NCBI RefSeq assembly: GCF_000039765.1 | Contig: NC_004459.3 | Location: forward strand, 1,710,001 to 1,742,000 | Reading direction: 5' to 3' | DNA: 32,000 bases | Source of the DNA: Vibrio vulnificus CMCP6 | GTDB lineage: Bacteria; Pseudomonadota; Gammaproteobacteria; Enterobacterales; Vibrionaceae | Part shown: one piece after another, positions 18,812 to 26,120 of the stretch | How the letters are laid out: each line of letters begins with the position of its first letter | How positions within the stretch are numbered: position 1 is the first letter of the stretch | Notes under the pieces: model-generated | What the model was told of the DNA's origin: nothing | Databases searched by the model: none | Seen by the model: only the letters and a program-made list of their open reading frames with translations | Translations under genes and position numbers: made by a program

Positions 18812-19735
18812 CTATTGCTCTTCAACCAGTTCACCGGTAATGGGATAGGTGTCTTGAAAACCTTCAATTTCCATAAGTAGCCACTGATGAAAGAGCTTTA
18901 CTTTCTTGCGTTGGAAGTAACTCGAAGGGGCACAGATGTAGTAGCTATAGCGGGTTTTCATCGCAATATCTCCGATGCGGACCAGTTTGCCTTCTTGGAT
19001 ATAGCGTGCAGCCAATGAATGTTTGACGAGCGCCACGCCCTGAACGGCAAGAGCGCCTTCCAACACAAAATGAGATCCGTCATATTGAATGGTGGAATGG
19101 CCGCCCGTTAAACCTACACTTCTCATAAACGTTTCCCAGTCCATATCAGGCCAAGTATCTTCAATTAAATCCGCTCTCGTAATGTCACTTAAATCGTGCA
19201 AGTGATGCTGTTGTGCGTAGATTGGGTGACAGACTGGGTACACGAGATCGTCCATTAACCACTTTGTTTCTATATTGGGGTATTTTCCGCGCCCGTATCG
19301 AATACTTAAATCGATCTTGGAGCCTTCAAAGGTGACGAGTTGATTCGTGGGTTCTAGTAGCAGCGAAATCTCATTTTGCTGTTTCTTAAATGCAGTCAGC
19401 CTAGGGACTAACCAGTGTTGAGCGAAAGAAGGTAGGGTGGAGACGGAAAGTTGGTTGGGATTAGCATCCGAGCTGATCAAACGGACGCCTTCTTGAAGAT
19501 GAGCAAACCCTTTTTGAGCTTGCTCGAAAAGCACTTTTCCTTCTGGAGTGAGGGTGACTTTTCGATGTTGTCGGATAAAAAGGGGGATGTTCAATGATTC
19601 TTCTAGCTGTCTTATTTGCTGGCTCACTGCAGCCGCAGACACAAATAGTTGTTCAGCTGCGAGTTTAAAACTCCCTGTTTGACATGCAACGTAAAAGTAA
19701 TAAAGACCTTGCAAAGGTGGCATACGCTCTTTCAC
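18812..19735 (-). CDS. LysR-family transcriptional regulator (GcvA-like)
   Basis: 307 aa. N-terminal HTH FYVACQTGSFKLAAEQLFVSAAAVSQQIRQLEESLNIPLFIR...TPEG. Confidence 0.92.
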   Translation of the reverse strand: MKERMPPLQGLYYFYVACQTGSFKLAAEQLFVSAAAVSQQIRQLEESLNIPLFIRQHRKVTLTPEGKVLFEQAQKGFAHLQEGVRLISSDANPNQLSVSTLPSFAQHWLVPRLTAFKKQQNEISLLLEPTNQLVTFEGSKIDLSIRYGRGKYPNIETKWLMDDLVYPVCHPIYAQQHHLHDLSDITRADLIEDTWPDMDWETFMRSVGLTGGHSTIQYDGSHFVLEGALAVQGVALVKHSLAARYIQEGKLVRIGDIAMKTRYSYYICAPSSYFQRKKVKLFHQWLLMEIEGFQDTYPITGELVEEQ

Positions 19736-19834
19736 TTAAGTTTTCCTTAACTCAATGTCAATTTGTATCGTTTGAGGCTTTGTATTGATAGAGAGATTAT
19801 TAGCCTTGAAAGACAAACAAAGCAAGGTGAAGTT

Positions 19835-20038
19835 ATGGAATCCAATATCAATCATCACGCATTAACTCAAACATCAGAGTTGAGTTTGATTAAGAAATTA
19901 TTGAATGAAATCGAGCGTTGGAGGCGCAATCATTCGACGAGATCTCATTTATCTCATCTCTCAGATCATTTGTATAAAGATGTGGGTCTAACAAAAGAGC
20001 AGGTACGTGATGAAGTCAAACGGAGCTTTTGGGATTGA
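19835..20038 (+). CDS. DUF1127 small protein; start trimmed from the ORF-track position 19763
   Basis: 67 aa ending IERWRRNHSTRSHLSHLSDHLYKDVGLTKEQVRDEVKRSFWD, the DUF1127 pattern; SD-like AAGGTG upstream of the ATG at 19835. Confidence 0.85.
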   Translation: MESNINHHALTQTSELSLIKKLLNEIERWRRNHSTRSHLSHLSDHLYKDVGLTKEQVRDEVKRSFWD

Positions 20039-20046
20039 GTATTAAG

Positions 20047-20080
20047 TCGAGGCTGACTCACAGCTTGGTGAGTCAGCTCG
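20047..20080. terminator. Hairpin between convergent genes, candidate bidirectional terminator
   Basis: gctgactcac-agcttg-gtgagtcagc perfect 10-bp core stem; poor U-tract. Confidence 0.4.
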
Positions 20081-20115
20081 ATATCAACGGAAGCTTAGGT
20101 GTGAATTAGTACAGG

Positions 20116-21801
20116 TTATTCTTCCCACACCACGAGCTTATCTTTTGGCCAGTTTTGCCCCACTTCGTGGTATTTCTGTTCCAAAACATGTCGTTTGATT
20201 TTTAACGTTGGCGTTAGGATGCCATTGTCGATACTCCAAGGGTCTTTAATCATCAACACCCCTTTGATCTGCTCGTGCGATTCGAGTTCCGCGTTCATTT
20301 TGGCAATCACACGTTTAGTTGTGCGTTCATAGCGATCGCGATCGAAGTTCGGGAAGTTATGCGGAACCACCAATAAGATTGGCGCTGGCAAGCCGAGGCC
20401 AATCAAACACATCATTTCTACTCGGCTGTATTCAAAGAGTTTATTCTCAATAGGGACAGGTGAAACAAACTTGCCTTTGGCCGTTTTAAAGGTGTCTTTC
20501 TTACGACCTTGAATGGTGAGATACCCTTCGGCATCCAGTCGACCAATATCGCCAGTGTGTAGCCAGCCTTCTTTATCAAAAGCTTCTTGAGTGGCAATGT
20601 CGTTTTTGTAGTATCCAGAAAATAGCCCCTTGCCACGAACCATGATCTCATCATCAGCTGCAATTTTGAGCTCAATACCGGGGCCTGCGTTGCCAACCGA
20701 GCCTATTTTGTCGGCTCTAAATGGGTAGTTTAAGGTGCTATAAGCGAACGATTCTGTCATCCCCCAAGCTTCGGTAATGTTCAAGCCAACACTGTGATAC
20801 CACGCGAGTAAGGCTGGAGAGACTGGAGCAGAGCCACAACCCAGCACTCGGGCTTGATCTAGGCCAAGGCCATCGGCCAACTTCTTCTTAATCAAACCGC
20901 TGACAAATGGGATTTTGAGTAGGAAGTTGAGGCGTTTTTGGGGCAGTTTGTCTTGAATACGTTGCTGGAATAAGGTCCATAAGCGTGGTACAGAAATAAA
21001 CAGTGTTGGACGCTGCATTTTTACGTCTTCGATAAAGGTATCCAAAGATTCAGGGAAGGCGGTAGGTACCCCTCCCATAATGGAAGAACCGAAGATATAG
21101 ACGCGTTCTGTGATATGTGCCAGTGGCAAATAAGAGAACAATCGATCGTTGGGCTGAATGCCAATATGGTTAATTAACTGCTGAACAGACCATGAAAACG
21201 CACCATATGTGAGCATTGCCCCTTTCGGTAGACCGGACGTTCCCGAGGTGTAAACCAGTGACATCAATTTATCGTCGTAGTGCTGTGGCCTGTCGCTGCT
21301 CGGCTCCGATTGCAAAATGAGCGTGGTAAATTGGTATTGGCAATGCGGGGAGCTATCGTAGGGGAGAGCAATGCTTTTCACGTCCACCAGATCATCGATC
21401 ACTTTCTGAGTCGCGGCGGCATCATCAAGTTTGCCGGCAATGAGGATTTTACTTTCACTGTGTGTGATGCAGTATTCAATTGTATCCGCTCCGGCGGTTG
21501 GGAAAATCGGTACGCTCACATAGTCACCTAGCATCATGGCTAAGTCACAAATAAACCACTCCGCGCAGTTTTTAGAGATCAGTGCGATTCTATCGCCGGG
21601 TTCCGCTCCCAGTTCTTTGAGTGCGGTGACTAAGCGAAGGGCTTTGTCGGCTACTTCTGAATAGGTGAATTCAACAAACTGTCGGTTGATGATCTGTTTT
21701 AGATATACCTCATGTGGGCGTTCCTTTGCCCATTTCAGGATCATATCGCTTGGGGTAGGGAGAGCAAGTTGCGGTTTGCTTAACTCGTTAGGTTGAATCA
21801 T
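20116..21801 (-). CDS. AMP-binding long-chain acyl-CoA synthetase-like protein
   Basis: 561 aa: LVYTSGTSGLPKGAMLTYGA, YLPLAHITERV, GWLHTGDIGRLDAEGYLTIQGRKKDTFKTAKGKFVSP. Confidence 0.92.
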   Translation of the reverse strand: MIQPNELSKPQLALPTPSDMILKWAKERPHEVYLKQIINRQFVEFTYSEVADKALRLVTALKELGAEPGDRIALISKNCAEWFICDLAMMLGDYVSVPIFPTAGADTIEYCITHSESKILIAGKLDDAAATQKVIDDLVDVKSIALPYDSSPHCQYQFTTLILQSEPSSDRPQHYDDKLMSLVYTSGTSGLPKGAMLTYGAFSWSVQQLINHIGIQPNDRLFSYLPLAHITERVYIFGSSIMGGVPTAFPESLDTFIEDVKMQRPTLFISVPRLWTLFQQRIQDKLPQKRLNFLLKIPFVSGLIKKKLADGLGLDQARVLGCGSAPVSPALLAWYHSVGLNITEAWGMTESFAYSTLNYPFRADKIGSVGNAGPGIELKIAADDEIMVRGKGLFSGYYKNDIATQEAFDKEGWLHTGDIGRLDAEGYLTIQGRKKDTFKTAKGKFVSPVPIENKLFEYSRVEMMCLIGLGLPAPILLVVPHNFPNFDRDRYERTTKRVIAKMNAELESHEQIKGVLMIKDPWSIDNGILTPTLKIKRHVLEQKYHEVGQNWPKDKLVVWEE

Positions 21802-21920
21802 TCTCTAACTCCATGTTATTGGCAAAACAAGTATTATTTTTATGTTAATTTATTGTTAACCATAGCATGCTTTATGCTCATCAGAAATAAAAAAAACCGG
21901 ATGTGAGACAAGAATTTGAG

Positions 21921-22649
21921 CTAGTTAGAAAGTCGATATTTCCCTGGACTTACCCCGGTTTTCTTTTTAAATATGCGCGAAAAATACGACACGTCTCGAT
22001 AACCACATTGATAAGCGATAAAGGCGATTTTCGCATGGCGATCTTCGAGCAACAGCTGTTTGGCTAGATTGATGCGTTTGTTGGACAAGTAATCTCGGAA
22101 GCTGAGTCCAATCTCTTTGTGAAACACTTTAGAAAAATAGGTAATAGAGTAGTGGCAAAACGAGGCGGCGTCTTCTTCGCGAATGACATTGCTGATGTTG
22201 TTGTCGATGTGATTTAGCAGAGATTGTAACGCTTGGCTAATCATGGGATCGGCGGCTTGTGCAGAAGCGTTGCCACCGAGCTCTACATACCATCGTAGAT
22301 TCATTCTTGAGATAAGCTGTTTCAACCATTCTTGGGTGTTTTGTAAAGACAGATTGAGATGGTCGAAAACGGCAGAGTGATAGTAAGAGCCCAACTCAAT
22401 CGGCCGAGAGTGGATTAAAATCAACTTCTTATTGAGATTGATACTGAGTTTTAGCGCCGTCAGCAGTAGCGGGTACTGCTCTTCTGAATGGATGAAAAAA
22501 AAGGCAAACTGGGTACTCGGTTCACTGAGAATAGAGACGTCTGTGTCATGTTCAATCAGAGTGAACGTATTGAGAATAAGATCTTTTTCGGTTTTCTCAA
22601 GCAGGCGGACTGAGCTTCCCAGCCAATGAGCGGTACGTCTCACTTCCAT
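21921..22649 (-). CDS. AraC-family transcriptional regulator
   Basis: 242 aa. C-terminal double HTH: FHKEIGLSFRDYLSNKRINLAKQLLLEDRHAKIAFIAYQCGYRDVSYFSRIFKKKTGVSPGKYR. Confidence 0.9.
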   Translation of the reverse strand: MEVRRTAHWLGSSVRLLEKTEKDLILNTFTLIEHDTDVSILSEPSTQFAFFFIHSEEQYPLLLTALKLSINLNKKLILIHSRPIELGSYYHSAVFDHLNLSLQNTQEWLKQLISRMNLRWYVELGGNASAQAADPMISQALQSLLNHIDNNISNVIREEDAASFCHYSITYFSKVFHKEIGLSFRDYLSNKRINLAKQLLLEDRHAKIAFIAYQCGYRDVSYFSRIFKKKTGVSPGKYRLSN

Positions 22650-22832
22650 GCTGATTCCCCCTCAAACTGAAATATGAATATCAAGCAGCTATTGTTTGCA
22701 TTTCAAAGGGCGAAGAGTGTGTTGTCCCAAATTATCCCTTTGTGCCTCAGTGTGGTCACCTTGGTGGTGCTTTGCAGATTCTGCTCTCATACAAAAAGGT
22801 TAGTGCTGCCACAAAAAAGTGCCAACAAAAAA

Positions 22833-22963
22833 AGTGATCCTTTTGGTTTGTGCAGTGATAGGTGGTTCAAACAAACGCTAACGAACAGTATTTGCCTTTT
22901 ATTTCATCTACTTTTAGTGATTAGACTTTAGTAGTGGTTGAGCGCTTTCTGCTCTCTAGTGAT
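22833..22963 (+). promoter_or_regulatory. Four AGTGAT boxes in the araC-flp1 intergenic region
   Basis: AGTGAT begins at 22833, 22854, 22916 and 22958 (spacings 21, 62, 42). Confidence 0.3.
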
Positions 22964-23093
22964 AGAAGGGCAATGAAGAATTTGCGTAAAGTCGTAAAAA
23001 AGTACTAGTAAAAGACAAAAAAGTCCTAACGTCTTTATTTAGCGACCTCTAACTTTAAAGGGCAAGTTCATTGCTTATGGAAGGAGAGACACA

Positions 23094-23258
23094 ATGAGCA
23101 ATCTATTACACAAAGCAAAAGCGTTTATGCAAGATGAAGAAGGTTTGTCGGTTGTTGAATACGTTGTGGGTGCAGCGTTACTGGTTGTTGCTCTAGGGCT
23201 AGTATTCAGTAACTTAGGCACCAATTTACAGAACAAGCTAAACGCGGCAGTCAGCTAA
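23094..23258 (+). CDS. flp1: Flp-type (type IVb) prepilin 1; not in the ORF track because it is 54 aa
   Basis: MSNLLHKAKAFMQDEEGLSVVEYVVGAALLVVALGLVFSNLGTNLQNKLNAAVS: Flp G|XXXXEY processing motif plus hydrophobic stretch; SD GGAGAG upstream; stop overlaps the flp2 start (TAATG). Confidence 0.93.
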   Translation: MSNLLHKAKAFMQDEEGLSVVEYVVGAALLVVALGLVFSNLGTNLQNKLNAAVS

Positions 23259-23440
23259 TGTCGATCTATGAGCGAGTCTTTGCTCTACGTATGAGATGTT
23301 CAGGTTTCATATGTGATGAGGAAGGATTAAGTGTTGTGGAATACGTCGTTGGGGCGGCGCTACTGGTGTTAGCCATAGGGACTCTATTTTCTGGATACGA
23401 CACTAAGCTAAATAACAAGATCGATGGTGCTCTTAGCTAG
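23258..23440 (+). CDS. flp2: Flp-type prepilin 2
   Basis: 60 aa, contains DEEGLSVVEYVVGAALLVLAIGTLFSGYDTKLNNKI. An alternative start at 23291 is possible. Confidence 0.88.
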   Translation: MSIYERVFALRMRCSGFICDEEGLSVVEYVVGAALLVLAIGTLFSGYDTKLNNKIDGALS

Positions 23441-23474
23441 TCGCTGACATTCCACTCTAGGGAAGGAGGGGCAG

Positions 23475-23993
23475 GTGGTCATAAACAGTTTGATATGGTT
23501 TTGTTTGCTGGTGGTTGCCGTTTACGACGCCAGAGATAACCGAATACCAAATGCATGGCTTTTGCCCCTGACTCTTCTTGCTTGCTTACATTGGGTGGGC
23601 AAGGGGGATTTTAGTCAGCTGTTTTTAGCGATAGGTGCAGGTTCAATCTATTTTGGCAGTGGCTTGGTCCTTTTTTTCCTTAGGGCGATGTCTCCGGGTG
23701 ATGTAAAGCTTCTTGGCGTAGTGGGTGTAGTGATCGGCTGGGATGCCATGGGCGCAGTTGCCTACTGGATTACACTTTCAGCCGGGCTCGTTGCGCTGTT
23801 TTTCATGATGCTTCACTACGCTCAATATCCTGACTCTTTACAGAAATTGGTTGGTCGATATTCGTTTCAAGCAATGTCAGGTCAGGTTCCTTTACTTTCT
23901 GTTTATCCATCAGAAGTGGTTGTTCAAGGAAAACTCACCATGCCGTTTGCACCCGCCGTTGTAATTGGGTTAGCGCTGTTTCATTACTTTTAG
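23475..23993 (+). CDS. tadV: A24-family prepilin peptidase (TadV/CpaA), GTG start
   Basis: 172 aa polytopic; VYDARDNRIPNAW and MSPGDVKLLGVVG carry the two expected catalytic Asp residues. GGAGG SD-like sequence just upstream. Confidence 0.85.
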   Translation: MVINSLIWFCLLVVAVYDARDNRIPNAWLLPLTLLACLHWVGKGDFSQLFLAIGAGSIYFGSGLVLFFLRAMSPGDVKLLGVVGVVIGWDAMGAVAYWITLSAGLVALFFMMLHYAQYPDSLQKLVGRYSFQAMSGQVPLLSVYPSEVVVQGKLTMPFAPAVVIGLALFHYF

Positions 23994-24020
23994 TATGAGC
24001 ATATTAAGTAGGGGGCTTTC

Positions 24021-25367
24021 ATGGCAGAACCCACAGCGAAACACAGAGATAAACTGACGCCTCAAGCCGCTCCACCGAAGGTGCCAACCTCATTAAATCA
24101 ATTGAAAATTCCACCTGTCGTGGTTGAGAATTTGCTGATCAAGCAATTGGCAGCATACCCCAAATCGGACCTACTGACGTTGACGCGTTTGATGGGACTC
24201 AACAGCCATATTGTTGATGAAGTGCTGGCTGTTTTAAGAAAAAAATCCCTTGTTGAAGTTTTTCAATCGGATCCCGCTGCGTTTGGGGATACAAGCCATG
24301 GAACGCGGATTCTTTATGCTCTATCGGAATCGGGTATGGAAGAAGCGGACGATGCGTTTATTAAAGATGCTTATTTGGGCCCGTGTCCTGTTTCCGTGAT
24401 GGAATATTCTGAGATGGTTAAAGCGCAAGATGTCCGGGCAAAAATCGTCAATCGAGCCGATGTGGAATACGCGTTTAAAGATGTCCTTGGTGCGCATCGT
24501 ATGGTCGCTGTATTAGGCCCTGCCATTAATTCAGGTCGAGCGTTGCTCCTCTATGGTGATGCTGGCACAGGAAAAACCTTTGTGGCCACTCGGCTACTTA
24601 ACTCTTTGAATACATCTGTGTTTATTCCTTACTCCGTCTATGCCGCAGGTAACATTATCAAGGTGTTTACCCCGCAGCATCACAAAAAAGTGGAAGAAGA
24701 AGACGCGCAGCAATCCATTGTTTTCAAAGACCAGTTTGATAAGCGCTGGGCGCTGTGTGAGCGACCCAGTATTCAGGTGGGTGGGGAGCTCACCATGGAA
24801 ATGCTGGAAGTGAACCACTCTCAACACAATCGAGTCTGGATGGCACCCCTGCAAATGATGGCTAATAACGGCATCTTCATTATCGATGACTTGGGCCGTC
24901 AACCCATGCCGGTGGCGACACTGCTCAACCGCTGGATTGTGCCGATGGAGTATTTCTACGATTACCTCTCTTTGCCGAATGGCCAACAAATAACCATTCC
25001 TTTTATTCTCACGTTGGCGTTTTCGACCAACTTAGATCCAGAAAAAATCAGTGACCCCGCTTTCTTGCGCCGTTTAGGTTACAAGATTCAGTTCCAGCCT
25101 CTTATGAAAGATGAGTACCAAGAGCTATGGCAAATCATGGCGCGCGGAAAATCGCTATCACTTGAGCCGGGGTTGTTTGACCGATTAACCGAACTGCATG
25201 AGCAACATAGTGTTGGCTACTATCCCTGTTTGCCAAAAGACATAGCGGGTATCAGCCGCGATATTGTTGCTTTTGAAGAGTCAGAGCCCGTGATCACTCG
25301 GCAAGTACTAGAAAGGGCTTGGGAAGTTTACTTTACCGCGGATGGTAAAGGCGGAGGTGCACGATGA
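24021..25367 (+). CDS. AAA+ ATPase of the Tad locus with a winged-helix-like N-terminal region; function unassigned
   Basis: 448 aa: Walker A GDAGTGKT (24555-24578), Walker B-like GIFIIDDLG, sensor-1-like LAFSTN, Arg-finger-like DPAFLRRLGYKI. N-terminal segment KSDLLTLTRLMGLNSHIVDEVLAVLRKKSLVEVF resembles a wHTH. Overlaps rcpC by ATGA. Confidence 0.8.
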   Translation: MAEPTAKHRDKLTPQAAPPKVPTSLNQLKIPPVVVENLLIKQLAAYPKSDLLTLTRLMGLNSHIVDEVLAVLRKKSLVEVFQSDPAAFGDTSHGTRILYALSESGMEEADDAFIKDAYLGPCPVSVMEYSEMVKAQDVRAKIVNRADVEYAFKDVLGAHRMVAVLGPAINSGRALLLYGDAGTGKTFVATRLLNSLNTSVFIPYSVYAAGNIIKVFTPQHHKKVEEEDAQQSIVFKDQFDKRWALCERPSIQVGGELTMEMLEVNHSQHNRVWMAPLQMMANNGIFIIDDLGRQPMPVATLLNRWIVPMEYFYDYLSLPNGQQITIPFILTLAFSTNLDPEKISDPAFLRRLGYKIQFQPLMKDEYQELWQIMARGKSLSLEPGLFDRLTELHEQHSVGYYPCLPKDIAGISRDIVAFEESEPVITRQVLERAWEVYFTADGKGGGAR

Positions 25368-26110
25368 GTCGTAACCAAATTATTTTACTGTTTTTACTCT
25401 CAATTTTATTTGGTTTGGCGGCCGTATTTTTTGCCAAGCAGTGGATGGATAAGCAGCTGACGCCTCAACAAGATGTTGAAGTGGTTGAGCGAGAACCTGT
25501 GGTGATTGCGGCCATAGAAATTCCGGCTGGCAGTGTGATTGAGCCGCAGCACCTCACCACAAAACTGTTGGAAAAATCGTGGCGTGAGCTCTCGCAATAT
25601 ACCGATCCTAAAGAGCTGGTGGGGCAAATCGTTGCGGGAGCAATTTACCCTGGTGAAATCATCATAGAGCAGCGTTTGACCGTGCCTGGTGAGGGCTCGA
25701 CGCTTGCTGCGTTAATTCCAGAGAACAAACGAGCCATTACCATTCGCGTAAATGATGTGATTGGCGTGGCGGGTTTCTTGCTGCCGGGAAACCGTGTTGA
25801 TGTACTCAATACCGTCTCTTACAGCAAAGGTTCAGCGGTCACTAAAACCGTACTGAAAGATATTAAGGTGTTGGCGGTGGACCAAACGGCCAGAACCAAA
25901 GAGAACAAGCCGATCATCGTTCGAGCGGTGACATTGGAAGTCACACCGGATCAGGCGGAAAAACTGTTGAGTGCCAAGAGCAAAGGTGAAATCCAACTCA
26001 CCTTGCGTAATCCACACGAGCCTGAGGAAAAAGTGGTTCGTCGTTATGTCGCCCCTAGTGTCACCATAATCAAAGGGACGGAGTCATCGAAGATTCAGGT
26101 AAAAGAATAA
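25364..26110 (+). CDS. cpaB: Flp pilus assembly protein CpaB/RcpC
   Basis: 248 aa: N-terminal TM, SAF-like segment VVIAAIEIPAGSVIEPQHLTTKLLEK...YPGEIIIEQRL, then ITIRVNDVIGVAGFLLPGNRVDVLNT. Confidence 0.92.
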   Translation: MSRNQIILLFLLSILFGLAAVFFAKQWMDKQLTPQQDVEVVEREPVVIAAIEIPAGSVIEPQHLTTKLLEKSWRELSQYTDPKELVGQIVAGAIYPGEIIIEQRLTVPGEGSTLAALIPENKRAITIRVNDVIGVAGFLLPGNRVDVLNTVSYSKGSAVTKTVLKDIKVLAVDQTARTKENKPIIVRAVTLEVTPDQAEKLLSAKSKGEIQLTLRNPHEPEEKVVRRYVAPSVTIIKGTESSKIQVKE

Positions 26111-26120
26111 GGTGTGACGC

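Noticed and set aside
22769-22786. Sigma-54-like sequence TTGGTGGTGCTTTGCA upstream of flp1
   Set aside because: GG and GC elements are separated by 9 nt instead of the required 10, and the core TGGCAC is degraded.
22674-22931. 85-aa ORF in the araC-flp1 intergenic region
   Set aside because: No SD, no recognisable domain, low-complexity hydrophobic and Lys/Ser composition, and it overlaps the presumptive regulatory repeats. Most likely chance.
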